From positions 34,234,608 to 34,298,607 of the forward strand of contig NC_069004.1 of assembly GCF_001194135.2 (NCBI RefSeq): DNA of 64,000 nucleotides. Reading direction: 5' to 3'. Positions 1 through 11,570 of the stretch are shown here, piece after piece. Under the pieces are notes generated by a model. The model did no database searches. It worked only from the letters and a program-made list of their open reading frames with translations, and had not been told where the DNA came from. Both the position numbers and the translations under genes were made by a program. This DNA comes from Octopus bimaculoides. Taxonomy: Eukaryota. Position 1 is the stretch's first letter. The number at the start of each line of letters is the position of its first letter.

Positions 1-473
1 TAACTCAGGAGGGATTAGACAATAAAATCGAACCAGTGGCTGACTGTTGCATTATTTTAAAGAATTCCAGTTGATGGAAGGCAAAGTTTACTTTCAGAAC
101 ATATGCCAACCCACTGTCCCGGTACTAAGTTTCAGGTTTTTTCAATGAAATCAATCCTAGCACTTAACTGCTGATTTATTTTATCAATTCCCGAAAAGAA
201 AAGTCGACCACGGTGAAATTTGAACTCAGAACGTAATGATTCAGAATAATCTAACGACTCTACTAAACCATCGAATAAGAGTTGCTTCCGATATAGACAA
301 GGTTTGTCATTTCGAGTGATGCATAATGAATCGGTTAATGCGCCCGAATGCATAACTGGTATTTTGAATAACAAAACGACTTTATCTCGTCTCGTAACTG
401 TTCTGCTACCAATTGTTTACTTCATTGCTTTTTAAATAATCGAACTCTCCACAGGTCAAGACGTATTGATGAA

Positions 474-514
<41 letters not shown>

Positions 515-1451
515 GATATTAAGTAAAAAAGGAAAAAAAAAGAGGAAGTAGATAACATTGGCTAAGGCTGGCGGACACGGTAGGAATGTCTGTGAGAAAN
601 NNNNNNNNNNNNNNNNNNNNNNNNNNNNNNNNNNNNNNNNNNNNNNNNNNNNNNNNNNNNNNNNNNNNNNNNNNNNNNNNNNNNNNNNNNNNNNNNNNNN
701 NNNNNNNNNNNNNNNNNNNNNNNNNNNNNNNNNNNNNNNNNNNNNNNNNNNNNNNNNNNNNNNNNNNNNNNNNNNNNNNNNNNNNNNNNNNNNNNNNNNN
801 NNNNNNNNNNNNNNNNNNNNNNNNNNNNNNNNNNNNNNNNNNNNNNNNNNNNNNNNNNNNNNNNNNNNNNNNNNNNNNNNNNNNNNNNNNNNNNNNNNNN
901 NNNNNNNNNNNNNNNNNNNNNNNNNNNNNNNNNNNNNNNNNNNNNNNNNNNNNNNNNNNNNNNNNNNNNNNNNNNNNNNNNNNNNNNNNNNNNNNNNNNN
1001 NNNNNNNNNNNNNNNNNNNNNNNNNNNNNNNNNNNNNNNNNTGATATATATATCAAACATTGGCACAAAACGTTCATAAATATTTGAAGATAGAGTTTAT
1101 AATTCTATTTTGAATGATATTGCCTCGCCCCATTGTCGTTCTTCCCCTCTGTTTTCGTCTCTCAGTATATAACTGGTACTCATTAATATCGAGCCTTGGA
1201 GGATGGGAGGCAACTGCTATGGTTTCCGTACTATCAGAACTCGGAAACTTTAAACACTGAATAAAACTTTAAGGAACCTAAAATTACTCAGGAAAAACAC
1301 TCAGTCAGCTTGCTGTATCGCATCTGCCACTTCAGCATCCCCTAATAATTAGGATAATATAGATTTATATAAATTTAGTGGCCCCAAGGCCATGAATTTC
1401 AACGTGTAGATGTAGATGTGTGTGTGTGTGTTTGTGGGGGTGTTGTTGGTT

Positions 1452-2300
1452 AAATCGCCGAGTAGACTATAGGTACTTGCTTTTATAACTTTTTCAATGT
1501 TCTACAGACCCCCGGCCGGAGGCTTGAAAGGCAAAAAGGTAGACCTCGTTAGGATTTGATCTCAGAACGTTAACGAACACAACTAAATACACGCAAGGCA
1601 TTTTGTCCGGCGCTCTATCAGTTCTGCTCATCCACCGCCGTTACTACCGTGGACACAACAACAACAACAACACACGTAAAGGGATACAGGGATACAATGG
1701 GCGACGGTGTTGGATATAAAGTCGTCACTAACGTACTTTGCTGGTACTTTATTTGATCGATCCCCAGGAGGGCGAAAGGCAAAGTTGACCACGGCAGGGT
1801 TCGAACTTATAAGTCAGATTAAAAAAAAAAAACAAACGAAAAAGATAGATTAATGCCGCAGGATTTTCTTTTTTGTCCGATGCTCTACCGATTCTGCCAG
1901 TACTTTATAAATTGTATTAAAAACATTAGTAATAGTTATACTATAGTAGTAGTTGTAGTAGTAGAAACAGTAGTAATATTAGTAATAGTATTTTTCAGTA
2001 GTAATTAACGTAGTAACAGTTGTAATAATAATAATAATAATAATGATAATAATAATTAATAATCATGGTTTCTGGTTTAGGCACAAGGCCAGGATTTTGA
2101 GGGAACGGGTGGGTAAGTCCATACCATCCACCCCCCAGTACATGACTGGTACTTTATTTTCTCTACCACGGAGGAATGAAAGGCAAAGTAGACCTCGGCG
2201 GGATTTAAACACAGAACGAAGCTAGCCGAAAATAATAATAATAATAATAATAACCGTGAGGTATTTTTTTCCGACGCTTTAAATTATTCTGTCAATCCAT
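1452..2300 (-). mobile_element. Cluster of three diverged dominant-family SINEs downstream of the stop codon
   Basis: Copies at about 1452-1640, 1715-1900 and 2066-2300, each with ggtact...aaaggcaaag..gacc..gg...ttt.aac on +. Confidence 0.7.
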
Positions 2301-2505
2301 CACAATAATAATAATGATAATAATAATAATAAGTAATAGTAGTAGTAAAACCATTTACAAAATTTGAAGATAACACTGTTTTTGTTATATTTGTTGTTGT
2401 TGCTTTCTTTTAGTTTTTCTGTTCTTTATTATTACGGGGGGAGGGGGGATATTACTGGGTAGTGGTGGTGGGTATGGTAGGGGGAGCGAGGATGTAATAG
2501 TATGG

Positions 2506-2933
2506 CTACGTTTGCTGCCATCTATTGGTGAATACTAGCAACAACAACAACAACATTACAGTTAATACTAAATGTCCGTTCATCGATCTGGCGGCGTGAG
2601 GTCTGTGCGCCGATGATGTGATTGCGTATTCTGAATGTCCACCGGCCAGTCTGGGCGTGGTGATCCGGGGCGTGGCGAATACCGGCCTGGAGTGCGACTC
2701 TGGGAGTCCCTTGTGATGCCGTGGTATGACGAACTCCACCGGAGTCGTGTGCAGGCGGGGTGGGATCGTGTGTAGAGTCCGTGCTCGGGCAGCATTCGTC
2801 GAGGAATGCGATGCGGATCGCTCTTTGTCATTCATTAGCAAAAAGCGCTCCACAACGTGAATGATGCCGTTCGAGGCCAGGATATTCGCTTTGATAATTC
2901 GGGCTTGGATTCCTTTCCAAACTAGGTAGGTGC
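2506..2933 (-). CDS. FAS1/fasciclin-domain protein, terminal coding exon (H2 motif, Thr/Pro/His/Arg-rich linker, hydrophobic tail, stop)
   Basis: Acceptor tttctattttctcttgcag, phase-1 start, TAG at 2508-2506. Encodes TYLVWKGIQARIIKANILASNGIIHVVERFLL...HLVLTVMLLLLLLVFTNRWQQT*. ASNGIIHVVERFL is an H2 motif. The C-terminal hydrophobic stretch resembles a GPI-anchor signal. Confidence 0.92.
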
Positions 2934-2990
2934 CTGCAAGAGAAAATAGAAAACAAATGTAAGTGACCAGTATACTGTGTGTGTGAGAGA

Positions 2991-3204
2991 GAGGTGGTGC
3001 TGAAGAGTTCTTGGCTTTAAGAGTATCGCGGAAGGCCTGGTCGGAGGCCCAACCTTCCGAGTTCTTTTACAGGGCTTTGAAAAACTGAAGGGCCGCTGCA
3101 ATAAATGTGTGAATCTGAGAGGGGAATGTGTTGAATAAAATCATAATTAACTGATCCCCCTGTATTTTTTTAACACAAAGCCAGGAACTTTCAGCACCAC
3201 CCTC
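2991..3204 (+). mobile_element. Mariner-derived non-autonomous element (MITE)
   Basis: Terminal inverted repeats gaggtggtgctgaagagttcttggcttt / aaagccaggaactttcagcaccaccctc. The interior encodes LLQGFEKLKGRCNKCVNLRGECVE*, matching the mariner transposase C-terminus (G..KL..RW.KC....G.Y.E). Confidence 0.8.
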
Positions 3205-4273
3205 CTCGTGTGTGTATGTATGTATGTATGTATGTATGTATGTATGTATGTATGTATATATATTGTGTGAGTGTGACGTATGTGATACATAAAATTAATA
3301 TAATCAGTCGTATGCAATATCTTACTACCCTATTCATATTAAGTGACAGATATATATGCGTGTGTGTATTGTTCATATCATCCCTTATAATCACACACAC
3401 ACACACACACACACTACATATTTCATTGGAAATTTATTCTAAACTGTTTCGAGATATTCATTTATTCTTGCATTCCTTCATTCTTTCATTTACCATATGA
3501 CATCCATTTTTTTTATTATTATTATTGCATCTCCAGCATTATAAGCCTTCGAACACATTACACGATATTATTTTTTTTATTCTTCTCAATCGGTTTCTTT
3601 ATCCCCCCCCCCCGCTACCGCTATGTAAATAACCACCATCTAAACCGTTGTGGTTGTGATGGAATTAATAAGATGCCAGTTTTATTAACGCTTCTTTTCA
3701 TCGAGAAAAATTCGCAAGCTAGCGGAAGCACCGTGTCTATTTGATATCACTTCCGCTGCTGCGCTACAGCAGTGAGTAGTTCCACATTGTGGACACGCTC
3801 TATACGAGCGCTGTGCTTTATACAAACTATTGAGAGCCAAGCGCGTTTTGCCATTGGATGCATCGCTGATCTGGTGCAACAGGAAACAAACTGTACAAAA
3901 TGTCTGCTGATTGCTGTATGTGCAATATTCTACTAAATCGATGTTCAGCTTTTGTTGTTGTTTTATTTTAACACCAGGTCAAATAAGATTCACCAGGATT
4001 TTTATAAAAGATACTGCAGCTGTTCCTGGCCAAATGATCATTTTAGGAGTTTTAAGGAGAGTATTATCAAGTGTCCTTTCTTTTTTATTAAACCGTAGAA
4101 GTAATTAGTGGAAGATTAAGTTTCTATTTCTAGCAGATACATCGAATCGGTTGTTGAAATAACAACAAATAACAGAGAATGAATAGGATACACTGAGAGA
4201 GAATTGCTGTGAGAGCCGGTATCTCTCAAAAATACCTGTGAGAGAAGCAGGTGACACACACACGCACACGCAA

Positions 4274-4426
4274 GCGTGGCTGTGTGGTAAGAACCTTGCT
4301 TCCCAACGACATGATACGGGGTTCAGTATCACTGCATGGCACCTTGGGCAAGTGCCTTTCATTATAGCCTCTGACCGACCAAAGCTTTGTGAGTGGATTT
4401 GATAGACGGAAACTGAAAGAAGCTTG

Positions 4427-4430
<4 letters not shown>
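4274..4430 (+). mobile_element. tRNA-derived SINE, second family (ggcgtggctgtgtggtaag...gtagacggaaactgaaagaagc, (TA)n tail)
   Basis: Head gcgtggctgtgtggtaagaaccttgcttccc...gggttcagt; tail gacggaaactgaaagaagc followed by (AT)n. Confidence 0.8.
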
Positions 4431-4457
<27 letters not shown>

Positions 4458-5298
4458 AGAGAAAGAGAGAGGTTCGGTAAAAGAGACCAATGGAAAAATT
4501 ATCAAGCTTTAAAAACGTAGTGGGGTCGTTTCATTCAACTAAAAATTATTCAAGGTAGTGTTCCAGCATGGCCGAAGTCTATTGACTGAAACTTATTAAG
4601 GATTAATATGTCCTTTTGCCACTCTCCCAGTGATTTTGCTCAGACTTTCCTAGCCATCATCTAAATTCTCTTCAGCATCTCTCCTCAATGTCTCCCTAAC
4701 ATCTCTTTGTCATTCAATCTCTCTTTCCGATATTCCTTGATGCAATTTTCTCTATCGCTCTCGCCTTATTTCTCTACTCCCATTTCAACGCATCTGCTCA
4801 GTTGTCTGCCATGATATTTGCTATGCTATGGTAAGATGCACCAATCTACCACCTCTGTATTAAACATATATACTCGAATACACGATGCTAAAGCCTGAGG
4901 AATGCGGTTAGGCACACTCGTTGCAACAAATCTACCCGATGCACTTAAGTGCTCTCGGTGCTGTTAAGCCCTCAAAATGATATAAACTCGTTTACTGCAC
5001 TCAGTCCACCAGAAACACCCAACTGCACCCGGCGCATTAATTCTACGAGACGCCCATTTTGCTCGCTCTCTCACTCATCCTATATGTATGAAAGAATATG
5101 TATATGTATGTGTGTGTGTGAACAGGCACTCACACACATGTAAAGGGAAAAAAACAAGAAATGAGATTACCCAATGCTTAATGCAATGTGCTATTTACCA
5201 TTTTATTGAAAGCTAAAATCGTTAAGTATCCCTGCTTACATGTTTCTCTTCTGACTGTACGGACCATGGTTGAGAATCAACACAGAGATTTCTGACGG

Positions 5299-5310
5299 AC
5301 ACACACACGC

Positions 5311-5341
<31 letters not shown>

Positions 5342-5399
5342 TACGCACACGCACACGCACGCGCACGCACACGCACACGCACACGCACACGCACACGCA
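5299..5399. repeat. Compound (AC)n/(GCACAC)n microsatellite
   Basis: Directly visible; followed by (AG)n. Confidence 0.9.
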
Positions 5400-5899
5400 G
5401 AGAGAGAGAGAGAGAGAAGGAATTAAAATGACTAAAGAATAAAAAAATTTGTTAGGGACTTAAAAAGCTTACTGTTGTTTCTGCTACAAGAGTCAATGCA
5501 CTCATAACTATGAGTTCTGCTAAAGACTGCTAGGGCCTAATCCGAGCGACGTATTACACAGGTGCACACAATGTTTGCTTTCGGATGAATAGATTTTTGC
5601 TTGTGCGTGTGTGTGTGTGTAATATATATATATATATATATATATAAATGATTTATAGGTGTGTGGTATTTCGTTATGCAAACATAATATACAATAAAGC
5701 ATATTATTTTTATAATACGTTCTACTGCGTTAGCAATGCTAGGTTTTTCTGCGTGTATGTACGTATCAGCCATATCTATCTATCTTCGTACACATACCCA
5801 CACACATTTAAACTGTTTCGTGTGTTTTAATAATGTTTGTGCACCACGCTAATGGTTTCGGTTATTTTGAGAAAGTATTGGAGTAACGGATAACCAAAC

Positions 5900-6900
5900 A
5901 TTAGTAAACACGTGTTCATCGCAGTATTCTGTGCTATGATAACGGATCAATTAACCGTGTCTAGCCAATTCGTGAATTGTTTAATTTTGATAAACCTCGA
6001 TTCTGATCAATCCCTTGTAATCAAAACTATATATATACTTTTCTATAACCTCACATAGAAATTAGATACTTCGGTTCCTATTATCCTGTGTTGACGAAAA
6101 CTGAGTTTAACATATAACTTGATAAAGGCATATACCACAAACAATTTTCCAAACCAATATACTAATTCACCAATTTGTTTCTAGTTCCATTATGGCTAAA
6201 TGTATCCTGAAGCATTTAGTAGTACTTTTAAGACCATTCTTTCATTTCTAAACTAAGTATAACCATTCTCTCTATAAATGAAAAAAAACAATTTAGCACT
6301 GCTTTCGTTTTATTGTATCTAATTAGGATGATTACATCCTATTTCTCTAACTCCAAGTTGACTAAACGACGTACCCAGATAATCTCTACCTGTAGACAGA
6401 TATATTTAGAACCCCTTAACTTCTTTCCTTCTTAAAATTGCTATTCCCCAACAGTTAATTACAATATAACGGACATAATATTCAATCATTTAACACCGTC
6501 TGCGATTGGTCTAAGCTATATTATTAAATTATACACTCGCTACATCCTGAAAAGCGTTAAAATTGCTCTTATATAATTGCTCGCTCTCTTACACACCACC
6601 CAATTGCCAAACCTTTATTTGTAATAACTAAATGCTTTAACCACGCGCAACATATATTCCTCTGCCAAGTTTAGGTTGTTTTAAGACATTACTGCTATTT
6701 ACCATTCCTCCATTGATGCCGACCTACCAAACCTTTTATATCGCGTAATGTTTTCTGTTCCGAAAAATGATAAACCTGTTTATATCCTGTTTAATAATTT
6801 GCTAACACTCCCCATATGTCAATTTATATTCATCGTGAAAACGCTCCTGACTTTCTGAAGACTGTACAATTATATTTTGTTATTCGTTAGGTAATGTACT
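5900..6900 (-). pseudogene. Possible highly decayed LINE reverse-transcriptase remnant
   Basis: Correctly ordered but stop-riddled motif echoes: LGGV*E (GVRQG-like), IADG (YADD-like), YLGTSFS (YLG.I-like). Weak evidence. Confidence 0.3.
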
Positions 6901-7112
6901 AAAAGTCGTGTGTGTGCGTATGTGTGTATCTATATATGTATGTTTGCGTGTACGTATTTTCTTGCTTGTTTCAATCATTGGACTGCAGCCATGATGGGGC
7001 GATGTCTTCAAAGGTTTCGTCGCAGAAATTGTCACTATTACATATTTTTGAGTTTGGTATATATCGGTAACATTTGCCGAACCATTAAGTTACGAGGACA
7101 ACATTAAATGGT

Positions 7113-7152
<40 letters not shown>

Positions 7153-8249
7153 GTGTGTTTGTGTTTGTGGGTGACTACATGTATATGTAGGTATATAGGT
7201 ATGTGTATATGTGCATATATGTATATGTACGTATATACGTATGTGTATATATGCATATGTGTATGTATGTGTAAATATGTACGTATGTATATGTCTATAT
7301 ACATATGTGTGTGTATGTATATATGTATATGTATGCATATATATGTTTGTCTGTGTGTATATATATATATATATATAATATACGACAGCCTACCACACTG
7401 TCTCCACCTCCCAAATTCACTCAGAAGGAAGTGGTTGACCTGGGGCCATAGTAGAAGACCCTTGCCCCAGGCACCACGAAGTCATACTGAACTCGGCACG
7501 ATGTGGTCGTGAAGTGAGCTCCTTAGCCACAGCGCTGTACTTATGACGTGTGTATATTTGGGGATTGGAAGAGAGTCATATAAGTTAAATTCCGCTATAT
7601 ACCTTCCTCCCCCGTTACCCACTAAAATTTCTCCGAATACCATCCCTCCCCCACAGCATTTTTCGCCAACGTACCCGGCGACATTTACCATAAGCTTTTA
7701 CCTCGTAAATCTTAATTTCTCTTTTGGTACCCGCGTATTTTCTGATAAACACAAACTGAAGCCGAGTATGCAACTCCACGTATCAACAATCACAACTAAA
7801 TGGCTTAAATTACCTATACTTGAAGCTTTTATGCTATTTTGGCAGCCGATGGTATATTTTCCCTCCAAGTACATCCTGTACTTTTAATGTCCTTAAATTA
7901 TACATCCTTGAATCTGTAAGACTTGTTTAGTTCCATAAATCTCAAGAAATATATTTGCATCTCCCTAAAATATTTTTAGTAAGCCGAAACTGATAATCTT
8001 TTTACAATACTTAAAAATCTTTAAACGTTTCTAAGACCATTTTAATCAAAGATTAAAACTTACATTTGGTCCGGAGCCCCTTATGGTCTGCTATAATTTA
8101 CATTAATGCACGGATACTCGTATTTCATTTAATTATTTAAGTAAATTTAATATACGTTTAATGTAGGGTGTTTCCACTAAGGTGACCACTTTTGGTTCAG
8201 AAAAAATCGGTATAGGTGCGGGCGTGGCTGTGTAGGAAGAAGCTTGCTT

Positions 8250-9184
8250 NNNNNNNNNNNNNNNNNNNNNNNNNNNNNNNNNNNNNNNNNNNNNNNNNNN
8301 NNNNNNNNNNNNNNNNNNNNNNNNNNNNNNNNNNNNNNNNNNNNNNNNNNNNNNNNNNNNNNNNNNNNNNNNNNNNNNNNNNNNNNNNNNNNNNNNNNNN
8401 NNNNNNNNNNNNNNNNNNNNNNNNNNNNNNNNNNNNNNNNNNNNNNNNNNNNNNNNNNNNNNNNNNNNNNNNNNNNNNNNNNNNNNNNNNNNNNNNNNNN
8501 NNNNNNNNNNNNNNNNNNNNNNNNNNNNNNNNNNNNNNNNNNNNNNNNNNNNNNNNNNNNNNNNNNNNNNNNNNNNNNNNNNNNNNNNNNNNNNNNNNNN
8601 NNNNNNNNNNNNNNNNNNNNNNNNNNNNNNNNNNNNNNNNNNNNNNNNNNNNNNNNNNNNNNNNNNNNNNNNNNNNNNNNNNNNNNNNNNNNNNNNNNNN
8701 NNNNNNNNNNNNNNNNNNNNNNNNNNNNNNNNNNNNNNNNNNNNNNNNNNNNNNNNNNNNNNNNNNNNNNNNNNNNNNNNNNNNNNNNNNNNNNNNNNNN
8801 NNNNNNNNNNNNNNNNNNNNNNNNNNNNNNNNNNNNNNNNNNNNNNNNNNNNNNNNNNNNNNNNNNNNNNNNNNNNNNNNNNNNNNNNNNNNNNNNNNNN
8901 NNNNNNNNNNNNNNNNNNNNNNNNNNNNNNNNNNNNNNNNNNNNNNNNNNNNNNNNNNNNNNNNNNNNNNNNNNNNNNNNNNNNNNNNNNNNNNNNNNNN
9001 NNNNNNNNNNNNNNNNNNNNNNNNNNNNNNNNNNNNNNNNNNNNNNNNNNNNNNNNNNNNNNNNNNNNNNNNNNNNNNNNNNNNNNNNNNNNNNNNNNNN
9101 NNNNNNNNNNNNNNNNNNNNNNNNNNNNNNNNNNNNNNNNNNNNNNNNNNNNNNNNNNNNNNNNNNNNNNNNNNNNNNNNNNNN
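8250..9184. other. Assembly gap (935 N), the largest in the interval where an exon is missing
   Basis: N run; left flank is a SINE head, right flank is (AT)n. Other gaps in this intron are 10503-10697 and 11594-11766. Confidence 0.95.
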
Positions 9185-9228
<44 letters not shown>

Positions 9229-9612
9229 CGAAGTGTACAGTGTTATAAATCCCTTATGGCCGATCTTACCAATGAGTTTCGCACTAGAGTTTTCAGCGGG
9301 ATGTTGGACAACAGCCCTATTATGTAACTCTGCGCTCTTAAGAGCTGAGGGTTACCCTTGTCAATCGGTTTCGAACTACGAGTTCAATGGGGTATTAAGT
9401 AACAGCCTCATTATGTTACCCTGCTCTATTAAGCGCTAGCAGTTACATGGTACATAATGTGTGTGTGAATTGTCCCTCAAGTTAGAGAGACAGCACACTC
9501 TAAAAACATTTTAAGCAGTTATACTTATGTAGTCGAGTGGAAGCGAAACCAACAGTAGCTTTCCGATCGGTTATATGCCATAACCAAGATTGCACTTCCA
9601 CCGCTGCATAAA

Positions 9613-9655
<43 letters not shown>

Positions 9656-9893
9656 TATAAAAGATAGATGTGTGTGTAGATGTATTAAATATCCGTATTG
9701 ACTACCAAACCAATCCTATCGCTCGTACCTCGGTTCTAATATTAAAAATAGTTTTAGAATGAAGAAAATGTTCTCGTCTTTTATGTATCAACTATTAGTT
9801 TCTACTAATTGAGAAAACACATGCATCTCAGGTGCACACTTGCACAAAATCTGATGCATATGCAATATATATATGCATACAAGCATGTGTATG

Positions 9894-9938
<45 letters not shown>

Positions 9939-10354
9939 GCGTGAATACGAACCTACATGCGTACGTATACAATTATATCTACACATACCAGTGTGCAATA
10001 TGTATACAGTTATTTGTGTATGTATGTATGTAATACATATGCACACACAAACACCCGTTCTTGCCAAGTCTTCTATTTCTAATCCCTCCAGCATTTTCAG
10101 ACCACTTTATTAATGAAACCCACTCAACTAACCTCATAGAAACGGAATGGTTGCCTTTGCAATGACCCCAGAACAGCACTTGATGTTGAAATGCATAAAT
10201 CAAGGAGACTAGCAGCTGGAGCGGTAACCAGAAACTGTTGACCTCGACTGTCTTCGTCCACCCTCGGTGCTTCTGGAGTGGCAAACTGTTGAATAGCGCA
10301 ACCATCGACGATGTGTATGCGTGTATGTATGTATGCAATTTTTATATATGTCTA

Positions 10355-10411
<57 letters not shown>

Positions 10412-10697
10412 ATACACTTACTCCAACATGTATCTCTAGGAATGTATGTACACACATATATACACACAGATGTTTAAGCATGTATGCATCTGCTTGTAAA
10501 TGNNNNNNNNNNNNNNNNNNNNNNNNNNNNNNNNNNNNNNNNNNNNNNNNNNNNNNNNNNNNNNNNNNNNNNNNNNNNNNNNNNNNNNNNNNNNNNNNNN
10601 NNNNNNNNNNNNNNNNNNNNNNNNNNNNNNNNNNNNNNNNNNNNNNNNNNNNNNNNNNNNNNNNNNNNNNNNNNNNNNNNNNNNNNNNNNNNNNNNN

Positions 10698-10747
<50 letters not shown>

Positions 10748-11224
10748 CATGTGTGTGTGTAGGTTCCGTCTTATTTCCGCACTCCCTTGTTGCCTCGGTA
10801 CATTTTTGAATACACCAACCACATGATACGTATATATATATATGTCTTTGCGCACTGTATGCAGAATCTCAGAACAATCTGAATGTTTAGAAATTGTAGG
10901 ACAGTATGGTGAAGGTTTGTTTGTATCCGTCACCATGAAATCCCAGGTTCAATCCCGCTGCGCAGCATTTTTGTGCATTTGTCATTCCAAAATATTCAAG
11001 ATGACGCAACTTATAAACAGCATTTTCTAGAAATGCATAGAGGACAACCGAATCTGTCTGACAGTTAAGGCTTCATGTCTTTGGGATACTCAGCCACTAA
11101 CTCGTTAATTCAATGAGCATTTGACTCCTCATAATCTTTCGACAATGTTAAGCACTTGGAGTTGTTGGCTTTCACGGAGACTGTCCGCGTTCGATTCCCA
11201 GCATGCTAACGCTACCTAGAGGAG

Positions 11225-11383
11225 CAGGCATGCCTGCGGGATAAGACGTTTTCTTCCCAACCATGCAGCCTTGAGTTCAGTCCCACTGCATTACGCCTGG
11301 GAAAAATACTTTCTGCAGTATCCCCGAGCTGACGAAGATTTCATGAGGTTACGTAGACGGAAACTGAAAGAAGCTCCTCATGT

Positions 11384-11385
<2 letters not shown>
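11225..11385 (+). mobile_element. SINE, second family
   Basis: ttcccaaccatgcagccttgagttcagtcccactgc...gtagacggaaactgaaagaagc; its (AT)n tail abuts the 83-bp hairpin. Confidence 0.75.
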
Positions 11386-11417
<32 letters not shown>

Positions 11418-11441
11418 CTTTATTTAAAAGCAGCAGAAATA

Positions 11442-11497
11442 TAACAAAAGACTGTTACTCTGAGTTTCACGTTCTCGTTCATCGGACAGTTTTGTTA
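11442..11497 (-). ncRNA. Minimal type I hammerhead motif, inverted twin on the gene's sense strand
   Basis: Mirror image of 11515-11570, identical except the stem II loop is AGAA. Confidence 0.68.
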
Positions 11498-11514
11498 GAA
11501 ACTGTTAGTTTTTC

Positions 11515-11570
11515 TAACAAAACTGTCCGATGAACGGGAACGTGAAACTCAGAGTAACAGTCTTTTGTTA
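11515..11570 (+). ncRNA. Minimal type I hammerhead ribozyme motif (U4C core variant)
   Basis: Stem I actgt/acagt (extendable taacaaa/tttgtta), core CCGATGA, stem II ACG-GGAA-CGT, GAAA, palindromic stem III ACTC-A-GAGT, cleavage triplet GUA ending at 11556. Confidence 0.7.

Noticed and set aside
2425-2430. AATAAA on the minus strand about 75 nt after the stop codon
   Set aside because: The hexamer is frequent by chance in this AT-rich DNA; the poly(A) site cannot be assigned without 3' reads.
3685-3879. 64-aa minus-strand ORF with Cys residues
   Set aside because: No recognisable domain and no compatible donor site.
4100-4235. Strong-looking acceptor (ctgcttctctcacag) followed by VFLRD on the minus strand
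   Set aside because: There is no phase-1 donor before the in-frame stop and no FAS1 His motif.
5473-5536. 64-nt phase 0->1 candidate for the missing exon (ALAVFSRTHSYECIDSCSRNN; donor GTAAGC)
   Set aside because: No polypyrimidine tract, half the expected length and no FAS1 similarity.
11328-11375. CTGACGA...GGAAAC hammerhead-like match
   Set aside because: It is a mutated part of the second SINE family (ctgaccaaagcc...gacggaaactgaaag); no stems form.
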